From: Eledone cirrhosa
Taxonomy: Eukaryota
Direction: 5' to 3'
Assembly: GCA_964016885.1 (NCBI GenBank)
Contig: OZ024742.1
Location: 85,808,001-85,872,000 of the forward strand
DNA length: 64,000 nucleotides
Shown one piece after another: positions 1-15,633 of the stretch. The notes beneath the pieces are model-generated. The model was not told the origin of the DNA and ran no database searches. It saw nothing but the letters and a program-made list of their open reading frames with translations. A program made the translations under genes and the position numbers. Position 1 is the first letter of the stretch, and each line of letters begins with the position of its first letter.

Positions 1-702
1 TTACACTTATGTTTTACATATTATTATAATTACTTTTTTTAATTTAGTTAACCTATAATTAGTAATTTACTACAGAGAACTTCATAATTTTATTTCCCTT
101 CTTATAGCTCTCTTTAAATAAAATTAATACTTAAAAGTATACATATAATTTAATTTAATTTCCTGTTATGAATCTAGACTCCTTGTAGTCTATATAAGAT
201 TGGCATTTCTCACTACTACACTTATCCCAACATTTTATTTTCTTTTGTTTTCAACAACATTCTTTAATAACATCTAATTCTTATTTATCACATCCATATG
301 AATTAATATAAATTTATCCCTATAAGTATACCTATCAATTAATTTAATTTCTTGTTATAGATCTAAATTCCTTGTGTTTTAAATAAGATTGGTATTTTTC
401 ACTAATTCCTTTACCCTAAAATTTTACCCTCCTTTGTTTTTAACATTATTCTTTAATGACATCAAATTTTCATGTACCCTTCACCGACTTAACCTCTTTT
501 CATCCTCAAAACATTATTTTCATTCAACGTATTCTTTCCATTCAAAACATAAATCTGCATTCCTCTACCCCTAATTTAAATTTATACTACTACTATTCTA
601 TCAACTTTACCTCTTACTACTTTTCTATTGGTCAATTCAAAACCTGTTCCCAAACAGACCTATTATATTAAATAGTTGTTGTTTTTTTTTCAATAAACAA
701 AT

Positions 703-840
703 TTCATTATTTCTGAAGACAGCATATATATGTGGAGGTATGTATATTTCCTCTGATACTTTGTAATATTTTTATATAGATCTATATGATATACATACCA
801 ACACACATATATATCCTAAAAACGATCGTAATATGATGAA
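703..840 (+). ncRNA. Degenerate type I hammerhead-like motif with a long (~100 nt) stem II, at the end of an AT-rich repeat element
   Basis: TTCATTATTT-CTGAAGA (713-719) ... AAAAC-GATC-GTA (ends 830) followed by ATATGATGAA, which pairs with TTCATTATTT. The related fragment at 22340-22435 (minus) keeps the canonical GAAAC-GATC-GTA. Confidence 0.55.
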
Positions 841-888
841 TTTTTTAATATAGGGAACTTGTTCTTTGTTTTTATTCATTGTTTTTAT

Positions 889-929
<41 letters not shown>

Positions 930-1039
930 CACGCACACACACGCACATACATTTATATAATTATATATATATGTACACACACACGCACAAACGCGCGCAC
1001 ACACACATACACACACACACAAATATATATATATATATA

Positions 1040-1562
<523 letters not shown>

Positions 1563-1772
1563 AATATAAATTAGCGAGAATCGTATTTCGGCTATTGGCA
1601 ATTAGCGAGAAACAACTTCCGAGATGTGTGGTAAGCGCTCAATGAATTCTAACGAACCAGAGCTACAACATACGTTAAAAGGCCAAACACACTGACACGA
1701 TGGTTAAACCATTATCCGCATAGCCATAGAAACGACCAAGTAATTCGGGTCAAACAAATAAAAAAAATGTGT

Positions 1773-1835
<63 letters not shown>

Positions 1836-2660
1836 TCTACCAAAGTAGACATTTTCTCTAGATGAAGCCATTTATCATTGGCTGTCTTTCTTCAGACAGC
1901 TTAATTCTAGACTTACTCGCATCTTTTTTTCCTGAGAAGTAGCACAATGTTAGCTTTTATCACACAACGTTAAGGTTGACCTGTCAAACTTGTTTCTTCA
2001 ATAAAGATCTTTAATATAGAGTGGTGTGTTAAATATATATATAAATATATATATATATACTTATATAAAATTGAAAAGTGAGGTTAAAAACTAAGTTAGA
2101 TCTCCTAGAATTTAGAGAGCTCAACGAATATATATTCCGGGCTCTTGCGGAATCAACGTATAGAGAAAAGTACACATAGAGATAGATGTTCAATCATAGG
2201 GGATCAAAAACCACCATAGTAACGGACATATTAACTACGGAAGGAATGGTGAATATAAATCAATAACAAGAATATATCAAATTATACAAACCATGAGATT
2301 ATAAAAAAAACACCCAAAGATGCTCAAATAAGAGTATTCTCTCCTTTGTTAGCTGGCTGCCAGAAGTGTCAGCCAGCTAGCAGAGAATGATGGACAAACA
2401 TGGACAGAGATATGCACTCTCCTCTCTAATTATGTATGGAAAACTAATCATTTTCTTCCCCTTTTTATTATTCGTATAAATATGCAACATAACTACATTA
2501 TGCATATCCGCAGTTGAAAAAGCATATCCGCTTTATAAGTAAATGTTTTGATATACTGAGAGAACCTCTTCAGCATTTTCTGATGGAATTATATTTTTTC
2601 CTCTCTACTATTTGTTTATATATATATCAACTCGTGTGTTACTTTTCTACATTCCATATG

Positions 2661-2723
<63 letters not shown>

Positions 2724-5163
2724 ACATACGCGTTTGCATATATGTGTGTATTTGTATATATGTGTATACGTATATATGTATGTATATGTATGTGTGTAGT
2801 AAGTTTGTTGGTGCTGAATAATGATAGTAAAGTGCGAACGCTCCGACCCACTCATTTCAAATAAAGAGCAAACTGAATATTCAAAGCATATTAAGAAATA
2901 AGAAAAAAGACTTACAATGAGTTTAATATCAATTGTAATAATTCAAAATTAATAATAATTCAAAATTAACCCAGTCATATTAATGATTTGAGAATCCAAC
3001 GAATGAATTTAAAATAGTTATCTTATCATGCAAATATGTAAGGTGAATCTAGGTGTCCCTATATTAATAATTAAAAGCCACGTGAAATAATCAATCTCTT
3101 CTTCTTAGATATTCATAAAAATCATCATCATATACAGGTGTTAAACCAGGCTAACGAAGTGGTAAAAATCAAACATCAACACAAAAGCAGCAAAAGAATG
3201 TTTCGTTTACTGTGCATAATTTTTTCTGTTTAATATATACTATGATATGCTTCATTATGGATATGATTACGCTTGCAACATTTAAACATTATGAGTCAGA
3301 TGTTTTTTGTTCACTATACATTTTCTAAATATATATCATATGCAATCAACAAAGATAAAATTCATATTTTGTGCAATTTTCGAATCCATAAATGATTTAA
3401 TACGGTCGTATACTAGCATAATTTCCAGAACAGGAATCAACTAAATCAGCTGCATACACAACACGTGATTGTGTCCTTATGACATACACCAGCCCATGAA
3501 ATTCAAATATATTGTCAATGATTACATTCACATACACCATAGAGTTGAAATTCGCCACCATACTATTTGTTGATGAAACTCTCTTCAATAATGTATTTCT
3601 GCGTTAATTGAAGTTTACTTGAACATTATATAGACGATTGGAAATATATTGAACGCGTGATTACTACATATCACAGCATGACATTTGAACATTCCATGGT
3701 ACCATAAATCCCACCTAAATCTCTACGTATAGTAAATTATTGTCTTATAAATTTCTATCATAAATGAATACGTATTGGCATATTCATTAATTATCACTTA
3801 TATATCTCAAATAACCTCATTTTTAGAATAATTTACAAAGATATACGAAAATCGATATGATCAATTCATATACAAATACGTTAAGCAAGTGAGTGATATT
3901 TCTTGTTTCTTATTTAAGTACAGTATATGATCGCAATAAATGTGTGAATCAATTACTAAATAAAGGTTTGTTATTAAGGTAAAAGATCTCCAATTTTTGT
4001 GGATGTGAAGTCTATCACATAAAAGACAAAATTTGATTTCTACTCTATTGTATCGAGTCCAGAACGATGAAAGGGGAAATTAATATGTGCAAGATTTGAA
4101 ATCAGAACTTAAAGGAGAGAAGCAATTGCCGCAAAATTGTATATCCACTACTCTAGATTGTCTTTCAAACAACCGCTTTCAGTCAATTATTAATTAATAT
4201 ATTAGCGTGCGTCTACATACGTTATTTATTAGAAAAATGGATTGTAATCACGCCAAAAATCGCATTTCTATAGTTTCCCAAAGTTATTATATTTATGGTC
4301 GTCTCATTTAAGCATAGATCAATGTCAAATAATGGAATTTGGGTATATTATCTCACGCAGAATCATTATTTGGCAATCATGAATAATATCGGCAATATTA
4401 TGAACATCCAATTGTAATTTGCAAATTATATTTCATGAAACATAAATCAAATATGAACAAAAGACGGAAAATTACGTTTGCTGAATTATAGAATTGTGTT
4501 TCTGTGTTTCTATGCACTTGGATATTTAGGGATTCACATTGAGTCACAAGCAGGCTATATATACATATGCATCGCTATGCATTGACTGCTAATACAAAGC
4601 ATGTGATGAAAGTGTTCGTCTTATATTCATATAAGTTCACCAACTGGCTGTTATCACCGTTGCTCATGTGAGGTGGGGACTGGTAGTTTACTTTCCCAAA
4701 ATAATATAACTCATTTCTCTAATTAACACACATGCCGATAAATTCACACATGTAAAGAGCAGCTCACACGCACACATACATTTATGTTACCACATGTATC
4801 CAAAGACAAAATAATGTTTCAGGGGAATGTATAGAATATCACTCTTACAACCATATTTGTGGATATAACCTTTTATGGATTCATAACAAACTAGTGTAGT
4901 GTCGATACTCATAGAATCCACGGATGGGTATTTCGAGCATGTACTGTTTCCTAACGCATAGACACAGGTCTCTATATTCGTCCATACTCATATTCAGATA
5001 CATACGTATAATCATAACTCTATATGTGCTTACCTAAGGACACACACATATATATATTTATACGTATATACGTACAGTATATACACTCCCAACGCATTTA
5101 CAGCAGCATGCACATATGTATTTGCATACACGCATATACACATGCCCACATTTATATATATAA

Positions 5164-5209
<46 letters not shown>

Positions 5210-5329
5210 GTGTGTGTGTGTGTGTATGTGTGTGTGCGTGCGTGTGCGTGTGTGCGCGCGTGCGCGTGTGTGTGCGTTTGGTTTGTATGTGTGTGTGGTG
5301 TAGTAATTAAATATATACAATTATAGTAG

Positions 5330-6100
5330 GTCTGAATCTGATGGAGGCAAATTCCCATTGTCACTGCATCTGCGTTTCTCGTTCTCCTCATCTCTCACTG
5401 CTATAATCAAATGGTTGTACTATCAGATATAGAAATAGATGTGACCTGCCCTCTTTCGAATCTTGCCTTCAGATCCATATAGAACATCCTTGAGGCAGTT
5501 TTATCAGCAGATTCATGTACTTTAGATTGATTAGCTTAAATCAGCACTCTTTTCCCTTCCTAATTGAAGACGGTCCCTGCTTCTTACCTTCCTTCATTAT
5601 TTGGCTTGATTTTAGTTGTTGATGTTTATCACCAATCCAAATTATCTGTAGTCTTGCATCTCGTTGATAACTTTCAAAACATCTGAGTTAATTTTGAACG
5701 GACCCAGGTGTTTTCTAATTAGAATTCCTAAGACTATTAGGCAGCCTAAATAGGTCAAGGGATGAGTCAAATAAAGTATTTATGCGATGACCTGAAACAT
5801 GTGCCAATCCTTGAATCTAGAATATATTCGTCTTAAGATTTGCAGTTGTTGAAACAAGCTATTAGTGAAAGCAGTTGTAGCACATTGGTGTTCTTCCATC
5901 CAACTTATTTAAACCCAAAGCTGGCTTGCCCTATCTGATAGGCATTCCCAAATCTAGCATTCAAATCTCTCATTATTATATGGTTGCTCTTGTATGGAAC
6001 ATAGGAGAGCAATATGTGAGTGTTATAATAAAATGTTTCGATATTCTGCTCATATGAACAGTGAGTTGGGGCATAACAACATACTAGTTTAACAGATGTT
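5330..6100 (-). pseudogene. Degenerate RTE-type LINE remnant (AP endonuclease region)
   Basis: Minus-strand CYAPT (~6064-6078) and IMRDLNARFG (~5947-5976) match the APE motifs YAPT and GD(F/L)NA. Many stops; boundaries approximate. Confidence 0.5.
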
Positions 6101-6310
6101 CTGTTTGCAAGATAGAAAGAAAGAATCAGAAAACGATAACGGACTCGTTAGTGGAATGATGTTGGGGATTTAACATTGTCACATCTAATGATAGAACCAA
6201 CACAAGTTTGACAGTGTTATTTTTCAATTTTTCCTACGACTTTCATTTGGGATGAGCCAGCCACTCGTGTTTCACTTATGACAAACATATTGATATTATA
6301 TTTTTCTAGA

Positions 6311-6500
6311 GGGCGGTGGATTGGCAGTATCGGTGGAGGGTCGGACGCCATGCTTTCCAGCATGGTTACGTCCCTTTACGATCTGAGTTCAAATCCCGCC
6401 GAGGTTGACTTTGCCTTTCATCCTTACGGGGTCGATAAAATAAAGTACCAGTAATGCACTGGGTAATTGCTGGCCTTGTGCCTAAAGTAGAAACAATTAT
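6311..6500 (+). mobile_element. tRNA-derived SINE, full length
   Basis: Box A TGGCAGTATCGG and box B GAGTTCAAATCC. Central GCCTTTCATCCTTACGGGGTCGATAAAATAAAGTACCAG resembles the Sauria/Meta SINE core. TSD ATTATATTTTTCTAG on both sides. Confidence 0.9.
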
Positions 6501-7267
6501 ATTTTTCTAGTGCATTTCAAATGAGGTGTGATCTTCCTTCCGGATTTAAACTGCTGCTTCGGAATGTTGTAATATTCCACTAGCCAAAACCAAATTCTTT
6601 GTTTTCTTTCGAACTGAATTATAAGCAGAGAGCTGAAGTTGCCTTTCAAGTTAAATGATGCAGCAAGCTTTCGTTTAAAGCCCTTTTTTCGTACCGTCCC
6701 TTTGTCGAGAGAGCGGTGCTATGTCTAAAAGGATCTCATTGTCAACATCAGAGGATAGGAATACCGCAAATTGCTCATTATTTCTGCATGAAAGTCCAGC
6801 AGATGATGGTCGCCGCTGTGTAGAGTTCCAGCTAATACCATTTAGTTGTCCCTGTTGCATTTCATCGCTCCCCAGTGAACTTTGTGTTAATGATGGGGTA
6901 TCAAATAGAGAGATCTGTTAGAGCTGTTGAACTGCCTACGCAAATTAAATATGTATTATTAAGAAGGGTTGATACAGATATAGATAATAGAGGATCGATG
7001 CAAACGTTTGCAAAGAACACACGGAACAACACAACTCAGGTATTACCTTAGAGTACTACTAATAACTTCAAACCCAGTACACATAGTTGTGGCGTTTGTG
7101 ACTGAACCGGCATCCCCACCAAACTTGCTTGATAATGAGGGTTATTTTTGAACATCGTACGGGACGAAAAACAAAGTCTGTTAAAGAGGCTGAAGAACAC
7201 TTGAGAAGCAACGGGCATCATTTTCTGCTTGTCTGTTCCTCTGTCACTTCCCCTCTCTCTCCCCATA

Positions 7268-7335
<68 letters not shown>

Positions 7336-7419
7336 CGTTATTCTGGGTTGAATGGGAGGTAACCACAGTAAGTAAGGTACTCAATACATAGCAAAGTATA
7401 AAAGTTTTAATATATATAT

Positions 7420-7464
7420 GAGATTCTACAGGACTAGAACTGTTTCATTCTTTAGAAATCATCA
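7420..7464 (-). ncRNA. Truncated hammerhead motif of the same type as the 310-bp array HHR
   Basis: Minus strand TGATGA-TTTCTAAAGAAT-GAAA-CAG(ttctagtc)CTG-TA. The 5' side is truncated next to (TA)n. Confidence 0.6.
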
Positions 7465-7467
7465 TAC

Positions 7468-7535
<68 letters not shown>

Positions 7536-7556
7536 GTATATATATATACATACACA

Positions 7557-7618
<62 letters not shown>

Positions 7619-10600
7619 TGTAACAAACAAAATATCTAGAATGTATCGTGTTGAAGTACTTGATAAATCCATATCTATTTCTAACAACTATTTTGGTGAG
7701 ATTGTTAGAGGTCCAGCTATGTTAATTCTTACACTTTACTTCGGGTCAATTAATTTTATTATTGGTCATATTCATTGAAATGTTATTATATGTTATACAA
7801 TTGTAGTTATAGGACTATGTATTTATCAATGTAACGTAGATATTCGTATTTACATATGTTGTTTAAATTTACGTCAAAATTTAAATGATGATTAGTGCTT
7901 ACGTTATAGGCAAGATTAATCTTAATGAATGCATTGCCTTTCCTAATACAATCAGTGATGCGAGAATTTGCATTGGTCAGTGGGATTAAACCTTGTAACC
8001 CTGACACACTCCGAATATATAAATTCTTTCTAGAATTGTATGCAATGTTTATCGGCTAATTAGATCATGTACATGAACCGAGACACTGGGAATCATGCAA
8101 ACATTGAAACGTATGTAAATCCATTTCCGTTTTCAAAGTGACTGTTCAAAATGTCCCATGGCTTTCTCGTCGGATATGCTATTAGTTGGAAATATGGAAA
8201 TATAGGCGTTTAGATGGTTACATCGTTTTGCTTTATTAAGTATATAGAAATTGTTAGATATACTAGCAGAAAAACCACACTTCGGTTGGTTTTCTGCTAG
8301 CATGTGTAGTGTGTATATTGATATTATACCCAGGTATATATGATGTAGATATGGTACATCAAATAAAATCGTAATTGACAATATATAATACATAGAAATT
8401 GACCGAAGCCTGCGTTACACTGTCTTATTTAATCAGTAACGTAATCTATGATACATTAAAAAAGAGATATTTATATATGAACTGCATTAGGAGAAAATTA
8501 GTATGTTTATTTAAGCTAAGGCCAACCGGAAGTGTTGACATTTCAGAAATTTTAAAGATGTGAATCTTTGAAGAAACAAAATATAATTAATCAATAGCCA
8601 CGAAATTTAGTAGATAAATTATGTAATATTCATTCATTATTTATTCAAAGTAATCCAAATTATTTTACTAATGGGATAACAAATTATAAACCGTACGCAA
8701 TCCCGCGTTCCTTACTTTATTATAGTTTAGATTTCGTTCTGTGCCTTTTGTTTGAATAAGGTTGTCTATATAAGACTTACGATGTCTAAACGCCGTTGTT
8801 CTTAATAGGGATCATGCATTTCTTAAAAAGTGAGTGATTAAATTTCCTCATTTTGTCAACGTGGACAATGTATATTTTATTCATACCTCAGTTGGTGAAG
8901 GAAAGCTTTGGACCTGTTTTGAAACGTATCGATTTGATTGAAGTCAAAACAACACTTATAATATTAATGTATTGTATATGTGACAGTGACTTATCCGTTT
9001 ATCATAATTTCATTTAAAATTAATTTCATTTACAACTGAATTATATTTCCTATAGATACATTTATAATATCAATTATTATCGTCTTTATTTAATTACGTG
9101 GTTTTCTTAATAAGTGGTACATTGACAGATTCGAGAGAAGATCGGATCGAAGGCTTTGGGGTATTCTTTCTTGCCACCATGCATTTTGAGTTCAAATCTT
9201 GTTGATTTCAAATATGCCTTTCATAATTTTGAGGTCCATAAAATTGTATCGGTGCAGTAATGGGGTCGATTCTCTCGAAGTATCAGGGATAAATTGGCTG
9301 TGGAATGGTTTGCAACATTTTCAAAATGCCCTAGATAAGCCGTATGTCATTATGGTGTCAAAACAAGAACATCTGGGGTAATATGTCATGTGTATAATCA
9401 TCGTAAATGTATTAGAAAGTTTGCGTGACGGCAAATAGATTTTGGGGTCGGGGTATTCAGGTCATGATTTCGATTCGCCACGGCTCCTTCTGTCATTGAC
9501 TAAAACATTTTATGTTACCTTGCTCCAGTCCACTTTTCTGGGGAAAATGTCATCTATCTACAATTCGGAAGGCATGGCGTGTCACGTTGTGTGTTGCGCC
9601 GAATCTCCTTAAGAACTACGTTAAGTATACACATTGCTTTGGAATGCTCAGCGACTTTCACGTTGATTTTTTATTTCTGAGGAGGCTGATCCGTAGATCT
9701 TTTCAACTTGTACAATCGTCATCGAAACTGTCGGAGTGCCACTTTGTATATCTGGTGGTTTTTAGTTTTTCCTGAATATATATTTCTGTATTTTTATATT
9801 TTCGCATTCACAAAAACTATGTTGAATTGTATTACAAAAAGATTCAGTATCGCAATTAATTACAGGAAATCATTTTATTTGAACATACTCCAGAAATATT
9901 ATCAATGTTTAAGAAATCGAGGTGTAAGGAAATCTCAGGTAGAGAGCAGATGGTTCTCAAAGAAGAAAGCCGCACTCAAGCAAGTGGCCAATACTTAAGT
10001 GTACAAAGATATAACACCATATCGTTTTATGAAATAAGTTAAGTAAGATTAAGTCCAAATAAATGTAAGAAATGGAGTAACTCTATGTTAGCCGGCATGT
10101 GTATGCGGGTATTGATGTAATGTCACATGCCTTGAGGATAGGACCTGACATTTCTGATCCTAAGTTCGCCTGTGAGATATCTGGCGAACCGTGTTGTCCA
10201 TTAGCAAGAAATAGCACAACATGGTCATTGTTCAAAAAGAATGAATTTCACCTTGTCGGATTGGATTTATCTAAGAAGTACGTAAACGTTGCACATGTGT
10301 GTTAAACGCACTGTCACTAGCATGTTAATTTCACGGGAAGACTGATCTGTAGATAAAATAAGTGAAACAGCCATCGCCATCACGTAAAGAGGTCCAACAC
10401 ATGTTTCTGTATATACCTAGATATGTGTGCGTGAGGATAAATATTCCGGTGCTATATTTATAAACCATTACTGCAGATAATTTTAAAATCAACGAAAGTT
10501 CATAAATGAATGACATATTTATTTATATTTCATGCGTTGAATGCTAGTTTAGTTTTAGAACAATGTATTGAAAGCCTTCTACTCTCAACTGACGAATTTC

Positions 10601-10747
10601 TTGAGTTTACCGAGAAATGGTACATAAATAAATATATTCCTTACAGACTTAAAAAAAATATCAATCTGTAGTGAATATCTATTATTAATAAAACTAAGAA
10701 AATGCACGAATACACACTTGCACACACACACACGGATATATATATAT

Positions 10748-11300
10748 AACGAAGGAAGTGTGGTAAGGAACCAGGTGGACCATAATGCACCAGAGTACTC
10801 GATACTTTCGGTTGTACAGTGGGCAATAGGAAAAAAGTCAGAATCCCGACGGCAGAGCTCAAGCCGTTTCGACAGCTATTTCTGGACTAAATTAAAATTT
10901 TAGCGTGGTGTTGATACAACAGATCTCATTGAGGGGTAATTCCATATATGGGCATGCGATAGTCAAGCATTTCTGAAGGTTGTAGTTATCAACAGGTGTG
11001 GTCGAAGTACTTTGTGAAAACAGTTAAATCTTTCATGGCGGCCGTTGTGGGGTGGTACCTGAACTTGCCTGTAGAACAAAGAGGGAGTGGGTGAAGACAG
11101 TCAAGAGTGAATTCTATACAGCTATTTCTAATGAATATGGATAAAGTAGGCTGGCAAAAATCATAGCGAAAATAGAATCATACAGGAATCCTAAAGAAGG
11201 GGATTTATAAAGTTAAAGAACAAGAGTCTAAAGGAAGAACACCGACATTAATAAAATACATCTAATTCAGAACTCCGGTGCTTCGTCTCATAACGGTAAA
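10748..11300 (-). mobile_element. (TA)n-anchored non-autonomous element family; other copies at 26093-26172 and 36631-36790
   Basis: All three copies start AACG(A/G)AGGAA(G/A)TGTGGTAAGGAA right after (TA)n. The minus strand carries GAAA-CGGC...GCCG-TC (HHR stem III and cleavage triplet) at 10848-10871. Far boundary approximate. Confidence 0.65.
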
Positions 11301-12491
11301 TAATCTCCCTTTGTTTGTATATATATATATATATGTATAGAGATACAGACACACATGCACAGACAAACACTCATACACGCACACATAGATGCAGAAAGAT
11401 ACAAATACATTCATTCAGGCACTCAAATATATGTAATTAAATTTTACATTCCTCGTATCTCTGTGTAGCAATTTATATTAACTTCTTAAAAATAACATCA
11501 TTTGATTACCTCTCTATTTGTATATGCTTCAATTAATCATATTCTAAATGCTTAGTGTACTTAAAATACGAGAGTTAGCATCATTCAATTTTGTCTCTGA
11601 ATATTTAATTGCCATATATATAATGCAGAACCATTAAATCTATCTTTATGCATTCCATAAAATATGGTTTTCACTAACCATCTTAATGTAAATATTCCAA
11701 AGAAAGAATGGACAGATACTTATGTCAAAATTACATACAAGTTCGATAATATAACGGAATGAAAGCCTTTCAGGGGACAGTGTTGTATCCTAAAACTAAT
11801 TTATTGTTCTACAAATTTATCACAATGAGCGTAATTATGAGATTTGGAAAACCAAATTCATTTATGGACCTTAAAATTCTAAAAGCACCTGACAAGATAT
11901 ATTGATAAAATAGCACCAACTACTTTAAATAATACAGATTGCATTGGAGTTCGTATTTCAATCCAATTCATAAACCGTAACGTGTGTACGCATTGTAAGA
12001 TCGCATTAGGGAAATTTATTTTACTAATACTTGCATTTATATTATGTTCATTACCAATCTACCTATTTTTTTTTTATTAAGTCACATTAAAATAAAATTG
12101 GATTTTAATCAGGTAAGCCAGAGATTTTTCCATAGCCCTTCTCATGGCCTCTAAACTTGGGGTAGAGGTAGAGGAGTGCATATTGATGCCTTGCTGCAGA
12201 TTCTAATCTTAAACCAGGCGATTGTTTAAATATACCACCCAATTAGATATTAACGATATGTGAACATTTAATGGGAGCATGTGGAAAGAAGAGAGAAATT
12301 ATAGTAATAGAACAAGGGACATGAAAAGGAGGAGGTGGATGAAGAGACAAGAATGGAGGGTGGAAGTGATTGTTAGATGGGATGGGTGAATGAAGGAAAG
12401 GAAAAGGGAATGGGAGGAGAGAGATAATATAAGAGAAATAAAATAACGAAAAGACGAAAAGAGTGGAATAAAATGAAGTAATTGGTGGGAA

Positions 12492-12679
12492 ATAATTGTT
12501 TCTACTTTTTGGCACAAGGCCAGCAATTATCCAGTACATTACTGGTTTTTTGTTTTATCGACCCCGTAAGGATGAAAGGCAAAGTTAACCTCGGCGGAAT
12601 TTGAACTCAGATCGTTAAGGGACGTAACTATGCTGGAAAGCATGATGTCTGACCCTCTACCGATACTGCCGATCCACCA
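12492..12679 (-). mobile_element. tRNA-derived SINE copy
   Basis: Reverse complement of the 6311 SINE, with TSD-like TGGGAAA(A)TAAT flanks. Sits inside a purine-rich tract (~12270-13010). Confidence 0.88.
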
Positions 12680-13259
12680 TGGGAAAATAATGTAAGGAAT
12701 GTTATGAAATCGAAGAAAGAAAGAAAAGGGCGATAAAGAGCGGAGAAAGAACGATAGGAAGTGAGGTACAGGAGGAACTGAGAGAGTTTAAGAAGGGAAG
12801 GAATAAAATGGTTTAATGGGATGATGGGAAGGAATGCGAGTAGGGTGAGAATGTGATGAAAGGAAGGAGTCAGAAGAGAATGAAAATGAAGAAAAGAGGG
12901 AAAGGGAATGAATGTGAGAGACAGGTGGAAACGGGGGTAGGGGAGTAATGAGCGGAAGAGGTAGGAAATGTTAGAATATGAGAAAAGTGGGAAAGGGAAG
13001 TATGAGGGAGGGTCATGAAGGGAGGCGGGAAATAAGGACAGTACGTTTCTTTAACTTGCCTCTTGCTAAACCTAAAGGTGAAATAGAAATGCTTCTACTC
13101 ACTCTAAACACTTACACGGCTAGTGTGTAAACATGAAGTTCCTGCAACTGGTCCAGTCAGTTGATGGGTGTGTGTGTGTGTGGGGGGGGGGGGGGCACTC
13201 TATATGATTTCTTTGACAGCCATCTTCACAGGACTACAATCTCCGTCATGCGCAGCAAG

Positions 13260-15050
13260 AGTTTATTTGTCAGCCTGTTTTTCACCCTCATTCAACAGTG
13301 AGGTGTAAGATGATTTTAGACAGATAGACGTGGCGGGACACATTACCTTCCTAAGCAAACATCTCTCTCTCCCCCATCGCAGGTTGTGGCTCCTATTCCT
13401 ATATGAAAGCATATTTATTACCTTGCTGTTTGACACAACTATTTGTTTTGTGCTCAAGATAGGAAGGCGCATCAGCCTTCTGAAGGTTTTTTTTTGTAAA
13501 TGTCAGTATTCTTCTTTCGAAGTCAGGCTTACCATTTCAAATCTCAATCTGATATGGAAGGAACGAATTTACCAGAGTGTATTAATATCTAATCCATGTT
13601 AAAAAACTGACGGTGATTTTATAATATATAGTGTTCTAATTCGTTATGGTAGACGAGGGAAAACCAAGATTTTCATTACTTCATTTTGAGATCTGACGAT
13701 ATTGTCAGGAGGATTCTTAGATACTTGAAGTTGTCCACTACTTCAGTTTGCTCTCCATTTATTAAGTTGTTGATTGTTGCATTCCTGTTATGACTATGCT
13801 GATGCATTCTTTTAAGACAATTTCGATGTTTACACGGTCAGCCTTTATCCATTTCGTTTGGCTTCCCACATTGTCTTACTAACTATTCTATTAATATCGT
13901 TGTATTGTTTGCTTTACCACCTGATCAGTTAGATTCATTTCTCCCCAAGCCCCATCTTAAATCACAGCAGTCCAAATGCACTCATTGACCCATGATTTAT
14001 TTTCTCTTCTTCTCCCCAGCATTTTTAGAGTTTTTCGCGAACTGCATCGTTGATGTTGTCGGGCAGGGAGTTAATCATTTTACAACTTTGCTAATTGTAA
14101 CCCTGGTACCTTTGCCCGCCTCAAACGTAGCTGCAACCTTAGAATATATATTTTGTTTAAATAATCAAAACTAATACGTGGATATTCTCAGCTTACACAT
14201 CAGCCACATCTTATTCAAATCAGGATTATTGTTGGCATATGCACCAGGTCAAGCCCTTGTTATGGTCTTATTATAATGATTTTGAACGTTTGAAGTGTGA
14301 TGATTAGTTAATTTGGTGGGGAGCTATGTAACGGTTGTTTTTCGCGGCATCATTTGAGGGAAATGTATATTGGTTAGCGTCATTTTGAGGGTGTTAGCAA
14401 ATTCTAGTAGAATTATTTCATGATCGAAGATTTCTCCAATTCCAAATCATTCTACTCTCTCAAACTATCAAACTAGCGTTGGCGCAGATGTTTGTATGAT
14501 GGCAATGTTCTGTGGTCTTACAGTCACACGTATGATGATGAGGCTTCTGGCTACTCCTTTAAAGCTGGTGAGTGAGGTCACTCTTGTCTTGCTATCGGTG
14601 ACGCAAACTCCATATTAATGGTTAGAGTGATCACCGTTGTACTTCAGTTTGTAGCCTTCATCTGTAGTCACCTCACAACCCCGCTCCAACTGATTTCAGC
14701 CAGGCCTATGATATCTCATGTGTAGCTGGCACTTTTATGTACAAGTTCATTCACCCAAAACTCACGTAGCCAAATAGAGTGTTTTTGTATTTTATGTTGA
14801 CGTTTCTCAATATAGATGGCATTTTCATAGTTATTGCCGCCCCAGTGGTACATTAATCGACACCACCTTGGAAATATGTGTGGAGATCTCTGATTTGAAT
14901 CTCTTGGCCTCTTACCATACCACATGTTTTCGGCATTATAGTACGACTTAGTAATACTTGACAGTGTCCAACTCCCCGCCAAGGTTATCGTCCTTTGCTA
15001 GGTTAACTTGCCATCTCGGGCTTTTACCAAGCTTTTGCTAAAGCATGTCT
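13260..15050 (-). pseudogene. Highly degenerate RTE-like LINE remnant
   Basis: Minus strand IIGLAEISWSG near 14680-14712 and NIAIIQTSAPT near 14480-14510 resemble RTE APE N-terminal motifs. Boundaries uncertain. Confidence 0.45.
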
Positions 15051-15510
15051 CAGAAGCAGTAAAGAGAGTCAGGTTTGAATATCTGTAACGGTACATCGCT
15101 TAGACGTTCGCAGCAAGTCGCTAAGTTATTTTTAATACGCGAACAAATTAAGTTAGCGTAGCTAATATAAGATAATAATCACATACATCGTTTGATATGC
15201 TAGGTGTTGAATATATATATGCCTGTTGTCTCCGAAACCACATCCTATCCTAAAATCAGTGCTCCTGTTATTTCTAACCCCGTAATTTGTTGCTCATAAC
15301 ATTAATGCGTCAGTAGATGTTCATTTTGCAGACACCTGTAACTTTAACGGAACTAAAGATTACTGTATACTATATACATAAAATTGATTTCAAGGTATAT
15401 ATTAAAAGTATCGTATGGCATATGGTCGCTTCACATACCTCCCAGGTTTAAACACACACACACACACACTCATATATATATATATATATATATATATACT
15501 TATACATGCA

Positions 15511-15633
<123 letters not shown>

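Noticed and set aside
6311-6400. tRNA gene
   Set aside because: The A and B boxes belong to a multi-copy SINE head with TSDs; no cloverleaf could be built.
6560-6940. Possible host exon on the minus strand (MQQGQLNG...)
   Set aside because: All three frames after the candidate acceptor hit stops, and no domain is recognisable.
4020-9270. Very old SINE-like traces at ~4020-4150 and ~9140-9270
   Set aside because: Only short patches of similarity; boundaries could not be supported.
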